DNA of 64,000 bases from Macrostomum hystrix (Eukaryota; Animalia; Platyhelminthes): positions 13,764,001 through 13,828,000 of the forward strand of contig CATNEN010000039.1 of NCBI GenBank assembly GCA_950097015.1, given 5' to 3'. Below are positions 1 through 12,954 of this stretch, piece after piece. Every line of letters begins with the position of its first letter. Position 1 is the stretch's first letter. The translations under genes were made by a program, and so were the position numbers. The notes under the pieces were generated by a model. It was not told the DNA's origin. It did not search any database and saw only the letters and a program-made list of their open reading frames with translations.

Positions 1-274
1 AACGCGTCGGCCTCCTCAATTTTTAAGTCCCTGAGCCCGCTTTCACAATGACCACTATATTTCTGCATTTATTTTGGACAAGCCGCGGAGAGGCTCACTC
101 CCTTGAAGGCCGACCACAAAGGCACGGGCAGAGTCTACACCGCCTGACGATGAGAAGGTCAGGGCAGATGTACGAAACGGGAGAATTGCTTTTGTGGGTC
201 ACTGTCCCCTCGCCGCACTATATTACTGGCGTTTTTAACGTCTTACAATCAGAAGCATTGATTCGGTCTTTCAG

Positions 275-3200
275 AAAACAGCGCTGCACTTGGCTGCCCA
301 AGCAGGTCAGTCCGATGTGGTCTCCTATCTGTTAACTCGCGGCGCAAGCCTGCTGAAGGATTCCAACGGCCTGTTGTTTATCAACTACGCCACCAGAGCC
401 AAGGAGAAGGAGGTCGTGATGGCTGTCATCGAGCACGAACGTTGGACAGAAATTCTTCTCTCCGTGTCCATCGGTTGCTGTCCCGTATTCGAGTGCATCC
501 AGTACCTGCCTGAGTGTGCCGCAGTGAGTTCCTTACACACGGGTGTACCTCATTTGTACAGTGTAGTGTACACACTCACTCGGGGGTGTGACCTCTAATC
601 TCTTGTCCTCATTTCAGATGGCTCTAGACCGCAGCATCACCGACAAGGGCTACAAGGTGAGCTTTATGCGCCTATTCTAATTTTCTGCCACTGTTTTAAC
701 TCAATCCATATTGAACTTCGATCTGTTGTGATTTACTAAGCAACTAAGAATTTCATTCGCCATTCAGACCGTCTACGACTTCAAGCTGCTGCAATTTCCA
801 GTGGATAAGATCGCCGCCTTCGAGGAGAAGATGGGCACGAAGTACCAGTTCCTGCCGATTCTACGCGTGAGTTCGAGATGAACTTGTAAATGAGCCCAGC
901 TCACAGTTCCAGCAGCAACAATCTGAAGCCTGTCTGGCTGTAGGATAGAGCCAGAATTTGGAGGGATTTGTAGCATTTGGAGAATCACTTCACACATTAA
1001 GGAACAGTTTCCAAAAATAGAAAGTGACGTCATATAAACAAAGGTCAGACAGATAAGCAGGTCTGTTGCTAAAAATAGCTACTGACTTCACACATATGTA
1101 CTATACAAACCTAGGAGGGAAGTTTTAATGGAAGGAGCGCTAACGTGAGTTTCTTAAATAGCAGCAAAAAGTACATCTCCAAACTGTTAGCCTATTCTAA
1201 TTATTTTTCAATACTTTAGCACATGGTCAGCCTCAATCGCGTCAGCCTGCTAACTCATCCACTTTGCGAGGCCTATCTCTCCATGAAGTGGTGAGTGATT
1301 TTAATAGTCTTTCGACAATATTAAATACTTTGTGTTTTCAACAATGAGTTCAGTTCGGTGTAATTCTACAAAATTCGCATAGGAACCGATACGGCCGCTG
1401 GGTGCACAACATCAACATCTTCATCTACGTGATCTTCTTGGCTTCGCTGACCTTCTTCATTGTCACCTATCCATCCATCAAGCACGTCGACGACCCGGCC
1501 CTGTTAGATAAGTGCTCGCTGAAGGTGAGATTTCATTTTGCTTGCACTACTACTCAGTAGGTAGTAGCAGACAACCGATAATTTTAGAAGAAAAAAATAT
1601 AATTATAAAAATAGCAGTTTTCAGTCCATGGACTGTTGTTCCGTCCATGGACTGGGGGGCCATCAATTTTACTGCATGACGGTGAACTAAAGCATGAAGT
1701 TTCCGAACCTTTCCCGACCTCTAGGTCAAAATTCAAACAGTCAGATTATCGCTTCGATTAATATACTCGTAGATGGCAACAATAAATTTTAATTTGCAGA
1801 ACTTTAGTAAGGTCAGGCCCATGGACTACTATGCCATGGTGTTAATACCGGTCATTCTGCTATCCGCGTTCTCGTTTATCAACATCTGCAAGGAAGTAAT
1901 GCAGATGGTGCAACAGGTGGGTACATTCAATCGGTGTTACATAGAAATTCAAAGTAATTATTGATTAAACACGGACACTATAGTTGGCAAGCAATGCCTT
2001 TGTCTAACAGAAACTTCGCTACTTCATGGATGGCATCAACTACCTGGAGCTGACCCTGTATGCCAGCACAGCCGCCTTTGTGATGCCATTTTTCCTCGGC
2101 TATTCGATGGAATTCCAGTGGAACTTCGGTGCCATCGCTACCCTGCTGGCCTGGATGAACTTCCTGCTGTTCTTCCAGCGGTAGGTTTGGCTTCTCCTGC
2201 AAATTGAGCCGTTTTTGATGTCTGTGCTCGAGGTGTCGAGTGGTCCACTAATCATGGCGACTTTCACCCCGACATATTTTTTGCAGTAGAAAAGAACTTC
2301 AAAAATACCTGCAGGATAGCTGCAGGCGATGGCAAAACATTTGGGGACATGCTTTGTTGTAAACAAAACAACTCAGTGGGTCAGTGGGTCAGTGGACCCA
2401 CAGCCAGCGAGGAGGCAATTCTGCCCCATTCTGGTGACTCCTGAACACGTTCTCATCGTCAGGCAGTGTACATTCTCACTGTGCCTTGGAGGTTGGACCT
2501 TAAAGGCGTAGATTGCATGACAAGCCCCTAAAGCTTTCTCTCCGCGGCTGCGCCCCAAATTAACGTAGCATCGCCGCGGAATCGAACTCAGGGACTAGTT
2601 CGATTACAACTTTACAACTAAAGTTAGTAATTTAGTACGTTAGTACTTTAGTACGTTAGTACTTTAGTACGTTAGTACTTTAGTACGTTAGTACTTTAGT
2701 ACGTTAGTACTTAATCAAAACGCAAAAGCTCAGCCAGTCACCCCCTGGGAGGAACCCAGATAATGGCAAATGAGCAATTTTCTTGAAAGTCCATCAGAAT
2801 TACAGCCCTTTACGATGAATTAAATTTTAAAGCTGTCCGAGTCACCATCGTCGAGATATTCAGCGATTCTTGTCGAAGACCCTCGGTACAAGGACAGCTC
2901 TGTTGAAAGCAGAAAAATTATGCCTACATTGGTGGTTTTTGCCACAAGACACCCCGACGTTGCTCGTAGAATATCTCGACGGTGTTTTGTGATTCTGGAA
3001 GTTGTTTCATCAGACCGAGTGAAAATTTGAGCTTATGAACAAAATGATGCGTATTTGAATTATTATTCGTGCTCTTTTTATTTTGTTAATAACGACCGTT
3101 CATAAACAGCCAGCATTTATAAAGTCAGTGGGAGTATTTACCCACACGTGTTAGCACTGCCCCTTGACGTCGACAAATCTGGACCAATCACGGCTGGGTG

Positions 3201-6200
3201 ATTAATTTCAGCTACGAGCAGACGGGCATCTACGTGATCATGTTCCTGCGCATCGCCAAAACTCTGTTCCGCGTCATCAGCCTGTTCTCCATCCTGATCT
3301 TCGGCTTTGGGCTGTCATTCTACATTGTGCTGCAGTATAAGCCTGGCAAGGCTGGACAGGATGAGAGCTATGTAAGTCCTAATTTGGTGTGTGAAATGTT
3401 TCCATTGTTGCAAACGAAACTAAAATCTTCTGAATCTAAGGATGCTTTCATTCCGATCTTTTTTATTTCAGAGCGGCACTGACGAGCATGAGCTACGCGT
3501 TCAGTTCTACTCAGTAAGTACTTTGATTAGAGCAAAGAGCCGCTCCAGCCAATGTTTCACAATGACTGACAACTAGTTTTTGAAAGTCCTCCTCGACTTT
3601 CGGTCTCCTCAGATTGCCAACGACGTCGAGGTGAAAAACTACACAGCGGCTTGGCCCAACGCCTCAGACTTTGTCGCCAGCTGCTTCCCGGCGATGTACA
3701 GCTATTCGAAGTCTCTGGAACCGGATCCGAACCTCGACGCTTGGAACAATCCAGCGCTGGCCATCCTTAAGACCCTCATGATGATGCTGGGAGAATTCGA
3801 CTACGTCAGCACCTTCACTAGCAAACTCTTGGACAACGATCAGAGGACCAATCACTTCTACATCACTTCCTTTGCGTTGCTAATACTGTTCGTCATCCTG
3901 ATGCCAATCCTGCTGATGAACCTGTTGGTGAGCACTGAGTAGTTTTTATAAGCCCCATTGCTTCTAAGCCATTCTTCAACAGTTCAACTTGGATCAGCTA
4001 TACAATTAGACGTTAACTTAATCCAGATTTTATCCTTCAAAGTTTCTTTATAATATCAACCAAGTCACTAAAGTACATATAACTTCTCCTAGGACATATT
4101 TTCGCCTACTGTCGTGTGCTTTAAAACAAAGACTACTAAATTATCGTGTATATACTACTCTTTCTACTTTACTAACTTTATCTACTTTAGTAGTACTTTA
4201 GTACGGTAGTACGCAAGTACGTTGGTACTTTAGTACGTTGGTACTTTAGTACGTTGGTACTTTAGTACGTTGGTACTTTAGTACGTTGGTACTTTAGTAC
4301 GTTGGTACTTTAGTACTTTGGTACTTTAATACGTTGGTACTTTAGTACGTTGGTACTTTAGCACGTTGGTACTTTAGTACGTTGGTATTTTAGTACGTTG
4401 GTACTTTAGTACGTTGGTACTTTAGCACGTTGGTACTTTAGTACGTTGGTATTTTAGTACGTTGGTACTTTAGTACGTTGGTACTTTAGTACGTTAGTAC
4501 TTTAGTACGTTAGTACTTTAGTACGTTAGTACTTTAGTACGTTAGTACTTTAGTACGTTAGTACTTTAGTACGTTAGTACTTTAGTACGTTAGTACTTTA
4601 GTACGTTAGTACTTTAGTAAGTCTCTAATTAATCAACTTTAGTAGTCCTTGCTTAAAATTGAAAGAACTTCCAAAAAAAATAGCGTGCTTTTAAAGCACA
4701 AAATTTCTAAAATCTCGACGCCCCTTAGATTGGTCTGGCCGTCGGAGACATCGAGACCGTGCAGAGCGACGCCACTCTGCAGCGCATCCAACTCCAGGTG
4801 GAATGGTTCGCCGAGTTGGAGAGCAAATTTCCCCTAAGCGTTCTGGCCTTCTTGGATCGCAACGTTTGGGAGGTTTACGACAGCCCGTGCCGACAGTCCT
4901 GCTTCGGACAATTTGTTCTTGTAATTGGAATAACAAAAAAACGTTTCTATTTTTGGGGAGCTCTCTTCACTGAGGCATCGCTTGGTGACAGTCGCACAGC
5001 AGCCAGTGAGAACACACACGCGCACGGATACACATGTAGGCACATACTCAGAATTCGAGCTGCTCAGAGCTCGAGCTCTGGAAATTTGATGGAGATTCGG
5101 ACGTGTTCACCGTCAAAAGTCTCTTGCGTATAATCAATATATACTACTCACACACAGTGACTGCAGGTTTAACAGTAGAAATACGACACTATTTTTCCCC
5201 TGGGGAAAGACCATTGGGTATTTCAAATATCCACTGCCGTCCGAGTCAGCATCGTCGAGATATTCAGCCATTTTTGTCGAAGACCCTGGCGACAAGAACA
5301 AGTAACACTGCTCTGTATAAACTTCCATAAAAAATTGTGAGCAGAAAATGTTTGCCTATATTTGTGGTTTCTTGCCACCAGACACTCCGACGAGAATCGT
5401 TGAATATCTCGACGATGCCGATGCTTTGAGCATGGATTGAGCAGAAAATTTTAGCCCGAATATTTTAGGAGATATTCAATCCGATACGACACCCAAACTG
5501 GGCTTCGGTAACTCTTTTTTAGCACAACCCGAATTAATCGCTTCATTCGCAGTGGGTTCGTCGCCGACTGTACAAGCGAGGCGATCCCGAGTCCGAATAT
5601 TCAGCCCTGGACGAGGAGCACGGAGGTAATCCCTCCCAGTTGAATGGCGGTAAGCCGACGGAGATGTTTCAGCAGCAGCAGCCGCAGCATCGCAGAGGTC
5701 ACGGTGACGTCATGGAATTGCTGGCCAGACAGGTTGAGGACACCCAGCTGAAGTGAGTATTTTATTACGCTTTCTGAATGGCTTTCCAGATGCGTCATTA
5801 AAATCTTGTCTCTGCTTTTTAAATTCAGAATAAAAAAGCTGGAAGCCGAGAACGCTGCTCAGACACAATTTCTAAAGATGATCCTGGCCAAGATGGAGAT
5901 TGAAGTTGAACAGGAGACTGATGAAGGTGTCGATCCGAAGGTCAGTAATTGGTTGAGCGTTTTGGACCTTGAGACTCTGACATTTTGACACCAACACCGA
6001 GAAAACGCGAAATACCTCCACCTTGCCAGGAGCTGGAGATGACCATCGAGAACTTCTGCACCAAGCGTGAAAAGTGGCGTCGCAGCGCCGCCATTCTCAG
6101 CTCGCTCGTCGCGACAGGAGGCCCTTTCACTGGAGGCAACTCAACCTGCGAGAAGCAGCAGCAGCTGAGCAGCCGCTCGCAGCTTTCATCAGCCACGCTC

Positions 6201-6290
6201 AGCTCGGCCCGCTCTCGTCGTGTCTCAGCCGCTCTCGAGAAGCTGCAATTGGTTCAGCAGCAGCAGCAGCAGCAGAAGCAGCATCACTAG
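275..6290 (+). CDS. TRPA1: TRPA1-like ankyrin-repeat TRP channel; multi-exon, 5' end outside the window
   Basis: Spliced exons give an ankyrin repeat (KTALHLAAQAGQSDVVSYLLTRGA), LLTHPLCEAYLSMKW, S5 FGFGLSFYIVL, pore helix LKTLMMMLGEFDY, S6 LMPILLMNLL and IGLAVGDIETVQSDATLQRIQLQVEWFAELESKFP, which matches the TRPA1 TRP-like helix. GT-AG introns. Stop at 6288-6290. Confidence 0.9.
2837..2984. repeat. Dispersed palindromic (MITE-like) repeat; second copy at 5241-5417, fragments near 14218 and 59495
   Basis: Inverted arms catcgtcgagatattc / gaatatctcgacg(g/a)tg surround a shared internal sequence. Confidence 0.7.
4190..4620. repeat. 16-bp minisatellite tttagtacgtt(a/g)gtac; a shorter copy lies at 2631-2712
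   Basis: Tandem units read directly. Confidence 0.95.
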
Positions 6291-7654
6291 TGTCTGCCAC
6301 CAATACAAAAATAATAGATGAGAACAGTGATAAAATATTTTGAAACTAATTTTACTAACAAAGACTTCGCAGCAGATTTTTCCTCTCTCCTTTGTTTACC
6401 ACTATATTATCCACAAGTATAGTAATTCTTAGTGAGACTTGCGTCTATCAAAATGACTTATTCAGACAAGTAATCCAAGGTGTGGCTGCCATTTGTTTTA
6501 ACTTTTGTACAAATTGTAGCTCAAGTTGGACTCCGAATTTCGAACCTGTATTTCACGGCAAGTCTAAAAGCATCCTTCCAGAGCGCATACAATCCTCTGG
6601 ATTACTCTTAGAAGGTTAAAATAAAAACTTCACATTTTTTCAAAATAAGAAATTTAAATCTCAGATAGTCAGTCAATGAAAGCAGATGGCATCTACACAG
6701 TCGATTTTCTTTGTATGTACTTTTACTTTTCCGGGCCGTTATTATGTCCGACCTATTATTATAAATATATATTTTATTACCACTATCAAATTAGGATTCT
6801 TAATAGTCAAAACGTGTGCAAAATCTTACATGCGAACAACGCATTCCGCTGGAACTCCTCCTCCGGATAACTTTCACTCGCGCGGATGGACGGTAGAAAA
6901 ATGTTTGCACCCTTTGATCTCGCTATTAATCTATACTATATACCAGCTTAATATTCATTCGTTCGCTTTACCGCCATTGCTTAAGGAGAGAAATTACAAT
7001 AAGTTTTCTGTCTGGCACTTATTCGCACCATTTTGAGAACTCTATTTTTTCCCGACAGAATCGAGCCATGATAGACCCGGTCTGTTTTTTATATCATATT
7101 TTGCAAGCCTCTGGTCACTGGACTGTACGCTGACAACACTTTACGCCGTAAATCAGAAAAAAATATTACATTTTTAGTTCTTTTAGAATTCTTAATCTGA
7201 GGAGTTTTTTTCGATTTAAAAAGTCGACCAATGCGTCACACTTCCTAATTGGGAAATCGTGGATGAAAATGAAGATTAATTTCTTTTAATTTTAATTGAA
7301 AAGTAAATTAATTGAAATCTTGCCTATGGCAAATATTTTAGCTGCTATCCAAAAATTAATCATTGATTGATTAAAGAAATCAATTTTCCGAAGCTAGCTC
7401 GTCTTTTCTTGAGATTTAAAATCATTTAATCAAAATGAAGACTTTTCTTTAATTGTTCAAGAATAAAAATGCTTAAAAATGTAGTCAGAAAAAATATTTA
7501 ATTCTTATTTACGGACCTCAGCTCACTTCGTTAGGCTAATCGACCCAATCGAGGTCACATTGATTAAATTAATTAATTAAAATGAGGAACGTCCGTCATT
7601 ATCGACTGCTCTATGTTTGTTCCCATGCCAGCTTAAGCTGTTTCTACGATTCCA

Positions 7655-8350
7655 TCTTGCTTCGATTCTAGCTCTGATAGTTGCTTCGATTCTAGCTCTG
7701 ATAGTTGCTTCGATTCTAGCTCTGATAGTTGCTTCGATTCTAGCTCTGATAACTGCTTCGATTCTAGCTTCGATACTAGCTCTGATAACTGCTTCGATTC
7801 TAGCTCTGATAGTTGCTTCGATTCTAGCTCTGATAACTGCTTCGATTCTAGCTCTGATAGTTGCTTCGATTCTAGCTCTGATAGTTGCTTCGATTCTAGC
7901 TCTGATAACTGCTTCGATTCTAGCTTCGATACTAGCTTCGATTCTAGCTCTGGTACTTGCTTCGATTCCAGCTCTGATAACTACTTCGATTCTAGCTTTG
8001 AAACTTGCTTCGATTCTAGCTCTGATAACTGCTTCGATTCTAGCTTCGATACTAGCTTCGATTCCAGCTCTGATACTTGCTGCGATTCTAGCTGCGATTC
8101 TAGCTCTGATACCTGCTTCGATTCTAGCTCTGATAACTGCTTCGATTCTAGCTTTGAAACTTGCTGCGATTCTAGCTCTGATAACTGCTTCGATTCTAGC
8201 TTTGGTACTTGCTGCGATTCTAGCTCTGATAGATGCTTCGATTCTAGCTTTGGTACTTGCTTCGATTCTAGCTTCGATTCTAGCTATGAAACTTGCTTTG
8301 ATTTTGGCCCTTATTCTTGCTTCGATTCCAGCTCTTACACTCCAGCTTTA
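7655..8350. repeat. 24/12-bp minisatellite ttgcttcgattctagctctgatag
   Basis: Tandem units read directly; source of the spurious SILALI ORF. Confidence 0.95.
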
Positions 8351-8965
8351 GCTCGGCGTCTAGCTAATATTGATCCAATAAAAACGAAATAGAAAAGCTA
8401 GTCCAGTTTTATCCAGAGGTCGCTGCAGCTATAGTTGTCTATCCTTTATAGTTTTTTTCTCAGACAGTCTGGATAGTGGAGTCAGATGGTGGGCAGTTCA
8501 TGCACGCCCCCCGGATAAGCCAGAAAGAGTGGGAAGAGGATGAGGGATGTGAGGGAGGCTGCGCGCTATTCCGCAGCTCCTCCGCAGCATTAAGCCTCTC
8601 TTTCTCTTCTCCAAGCCTTCACTTACCCACCACCCCCCGGCCCGGATGCAGAAAGGACATTGGCACACGGTAACACGGCTCTCCCCTCTCCCCTCTCTTC
8701 CCTACCTCTCGCACTCTCCGAGCAGAAATCCATCCCACCAGGCCATGCTTGAAGCCGGGGCGCCCCATCTTCTTCATCCCTTTCGTATAAGAAGAGAAAC
8801 ACAAATCGATTGACTTTTTTAACCCTTCGCCCTTCCGTCGCGGCCTCCGTGAGCATCCATCTCACTCCCGCCTACTCATCTACTACGGGCCCGGCACCGC
8901 TGCTAGAAGACCTGATTGAAGCAGCCAGCAACAGCAGCGAAGGATCAGGTCCAGAAGTTCCAGAC

Positions 8966-11240
8966 ATGACCGGCGCAGAGAAGCTGCCAACAGGCGGCGA
9001 GTCGTCGCTGCGCCAGAAGCTCGGCTGTCTGCTGTCACGCAATACGGGGCCAGGCTGGAAGCGTTACGGCGTCGCCTGGCTCAGCTGCCTCGGCCTCATG
9101 ATCATCCTGGCCATGCGCTCCGAGATGGGCATCGCCATCATCCGGATGACCAGGAAGACGACGCCGGCTGGTAGCACAAATCACACCGGCTTACCCGAGG
9201 TGGCCTGGTCCCACCTGGACATTGGCATCATCGAGGCCTCGTTTTTCATTGGCTACGCCTTGTTCAGCATTCCAGGCGGCTACATGGCCTCCTACCTGCC
9301 GCCGAACTTGTTGCTAGGCGGCGCCGTGCTAGTCACCTGCGTCCTGAACGTCCTGGTGCCCTCGATGGCTCACGTGACTCCCGCCTCGGCTGCCTTCGGC
9401 CTGACGCTGACTGTCCGGCTAGTGCAGGGCATGGCCGAGGGCTGCCTGTACCCGGCTGTGCACGGCATCTGGCGCTACTGGGCACCGGACTCCGAGCGGT
9501 CCCGCTTGGCAACCATCAGCTTCTTCGGCATGGCACTCGGCCCAATCATCGGCCTGCCACTGTCCGGTCTGGTGACATCCACCCTGAGCTGGCAGGTGAA
9601 CTTCTACCTCTATGGCACCGTTGGCTGCGCCTGGGCCATCCTCTGGTTCCTGCTTGTACACGACCAGCCCTCCAGAGATCCGTACATCAGCAGGGCCGAG
9701 GCCGCCTACATTGAGGCGCACAGCGCGCCGGCTTCGAACTCGGACAGTCTGCCAATCAGCGCCATGGCCGCATCTCTGCCTGTCTGGGCCATTGTGGTAG
9801 CCAATGTTGGACGCAACTGGAGCTTCCAGTTCAGTATGATTGGCCTGCCGGCCTACTATGCCAAGGTGTTCGGCCTGAATTCGGAACAGATCGGATTGCA
9901 CCTCATGATGCCGTTCCTACTCATGGCCGCCTTGACACCAGTTGGTGAGCGTGCGCCTTGGGCCTGTAACTGCTAGAAGTTTATGTTAGACATTGATTTC
10001 TTATTCTAGACATGTGTTAGGTACAGATTCCTTGTTATAATAATAATAATAATCATAATTTCACGAGGGCTGTGGGTAACGGCACATCATTTGGTGACAC
10101 TAGACCCGCAGCCAGCGAGGAGGCAATTCTGCCCATATCGCTGACTCCTGAGCACACATGCACACGCGTGTGTACATCTGCCCTGACTTTCTCATCGTCA
10201 GGCAGTGTACACTGTCACTGTGCATTGGAGGTTGGCCCTCAATGGCGTGAATTGCATGACAAGCCCCCAAAGCCTTCTCTCCGCGGCTGCGACCCAAAAT
10301 GAAGAATGCGGTCTCGCCGCGGAATCGAGCTCAGGGGCCTTCGTTCGAGAAGAGAACGCGTTTACTCTCTGCCACCGACCCCCCTTTATTCCTTGTAAAG
10401 CGTCTGTTACTTGTTAGACATCTGTTTGATACCCATTGCCTGTTAGACGTTCATTACTTGTTAGACAGCGGCAGAATCTGTTAGACTTCACAACCAACCC
10501 GCCCCGCGCCCGCAACAGGCGGTTTCCTGGCTGACAGTCTGCGCGGTCGCTACCTGACAACCACCGTCACCCGCCGTCTGTTTAACACAATCGGCTTCGG
10601 CACAATGGCCGGCTGCCTGGTGATTGTTGGCATGTCTCGCAATCTGTACCTGTCAACCGCCTTTCTAACTATTGGCCTCGGCTTCACTGGCATCGGTATG
10701 TCTGGCTATGCTGTCAATCATCTGGACATTGTGCCCAGATTTGCCGGCTTTCTAATGGGCGTGTCCAACGGAATCGGAACCATTTCCGGTAAGTCGCTTC
10801 TAAATGTCTGCCAGAGCGGTCTAACGCGGCGAGGCCACATTCTTCATTTTGGGGCGCAGCCGCGGAGAGAAGGCTTGGGGGCTGGTCCTAAATTCACGCC
10901 CTTAACGATCGTCCTGAAATCTTTCGCAGGCGTCTTGTCGCCGATCATCGCCAGCAGAGTAGCTCGCCACGGAACCCCGGACGAATGGCAGGCTGTCTTC
11001 ACCATCGCCTCCGTCGTGCACGTCGCCACACTGGTGTTCTACCTGTTCTGCTCATCGGGCGAACAGCAGCCGTGGGCTAGCACCGGCGAGACTGAGCGCC
11101 TTATCGACAGTGGCGGAGGTGGCGGCGTTGGCAGCAGCGGCCTCGATGCAATGCGGATGCGCGCCAAAACGGAATCGCCACGCGGTTCGATTGAACCAGT
11201 TGGACCAAATGCAACTGACGAGGAGCCGCTAGCCTATTAG
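8966..11240 (+). CDS. SLC17-family transporter, vesicular glutamate transporter (VGLUT/eat-4)-like; exons ~8966-9944, 10519-10788, 10930-11240
   Basis: Motifs RLVQGMAEGCLYPAVHGIWRYWAPDSERSRLAT, PVWAIVVANVGRNW, GGFLADSLR, SGYAVNHLDIVPRFAGFLMGVSNGIGTISG and SGEQQPWA align with VGLUTs. The start Met at 8966 is inferred. Confidence 0.85.
10036..10387 (-). mobile_element. SINE family 1 copy in intron 1 of the VGLUT-like gene
   Basis: Reverse complement of the 60589 element, with a (TAA)n tail and TSD attccttgt (10027-10035 and 10388-10396). Confidence 0.9.
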
Positions 11241-11319
11241 GTCTCAGAGCAGCTGCTTGAGTTGAGTCGATTCTCAACTGGCAAGGGAGAGAAGGCTGAG
11301 GGGTAGGTTTAGTGTGTGA

Positions 11320-12682
11320 GAAGACACTGGTGTAGTTTTTGGGAGGGAAGAAGACACTGGTGAAGTTTTTGGGATGAAGAAGACACTGGTGTAGTTTTTG
11401 GGAGGGAAGAAGACACTGGTGAAGTTTTTGGGATGAAGAAGACACTGGTGTAGTTTTTTGGGGGGGGAAGAAGACACTGGTGTAGTTTTTTGGGGGGGGG
11501 AAGAAGACACTGGTGTAGTTTTTGGATGGAAGAAGACACTGTTGTAGTTTTTGGGGGGAAGAAGACACCATGGTTGTATATGGGGGGAGAAGACACTAGG
11601 GTTGTATTTGGGTGGAGAAGGCACTAGGGTTGTATTTGGGGGGAGAAGACACTAGGGTCGTATTTGGGGGAAAAAGACACCACGGTAGTATTTGGCGGGA
11701 GAAGACACTAGGGTCGTATTTGGGGGAAAAAGACACCACGGTAGTATTTGGCGGGAGAAGACACTAGGGTTGTATTTGGGGGGAGAAGACACTAGGGTTG
11801 TATTTGGGGGAAGAAGACACCATGGTAGTACTTGGCGGGAGAAGACACTAGGGTTGTATTTGAGGGGAGAAGACACTAGGGTTGTATTTGGGGGAAGAAG
11901 ACACCATGGTAGTAATTGGCGGGAGAAGACACTAGGGTTGTATTTGGGGGGAGAAGACACTAGGGTTGTATTTGGGGGAAGAAGACACCACGGTAGTATA
12001 TGGGGGGGGAGAAGACACCACGGTAGTATATGGGGGGGAGAAGACACCACGGTAGTATATGGGGGGAGAAGACACCACGGTAGTATATGGGGGGGAGAAG
12101 ACACCACGGTAGTATATGGGGGGAGAAGACACCACGGTAGTATATGGGGGGAGAAGACACCACGGTAGTATATGGGGGGGAGAAGACACTAGGGTTGTAT
12201 TTGGGGGGAGAAGACACTAGGGTTGTATTTGGGGGAAGAAGACACCACGGTAGTATATGGGGGGGAGAAGACACCACGGTAGTATATGGGGGGGAGAAGA
12301 CACCACGGTAGTATATGGGGGGGAGAAGACACCACGGTAGTATATGGGGGGGGAGAAGACACCACGGTAGTATATGGGGGGGAGAAGACACCACGGTAGT
12401 ATATGGGGGAGAAGACACCACGGTAGTATATGGGGGGGAGAAGACACCACGGTAGTATATGGGGGGAGAAGACACCACGGTAGTATATGGGGGGAGAAGA
12501 CACCACGGTAGTATATGGGGGGGAGAAGACACCACGGTAGTATATGGGGGGGGAGAAGACACCACGGTAGTATATGGGGGGGAGAAGACACCACGGTAGT
12601 ATATGGGGGAGAAGACACCACGGTAGTATATGGGGGGGAGAAGACACCACGGTAGTATATGGGGGGAGAAGACACTAGGGTT
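11320..12682. repeat. ~28-30-bp G-run minisatellite (gaagacac...gggggga), three variant blocks
   Basis: Tandem units read directly. Confidence 0.95.
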
Positions 12683-12954
12683 GAATAGAGTGCAACACCG
12701 TGCATTCGTTATTGCGGTTTGTGCTGCCATCTTTTGCAAGAATTGTTAGCAAAAGATTGCAAGCAGTTTTTAGGAACGGAATATATATTAGCAGATGACA
12801 AGTCGAATAGTTATTTTTAGTGTTGTTTAGTGTTTAAGTTTTTTAGTTTGACTTTTCTTTTTAGTCCTGGCTGGGTAAGCACAGTTCTAAGTCAGTATTG
12901 CTTTTAATGTCTGCAGTTAATTCTATAAAATTACATCATTGGAATATACTTGGT

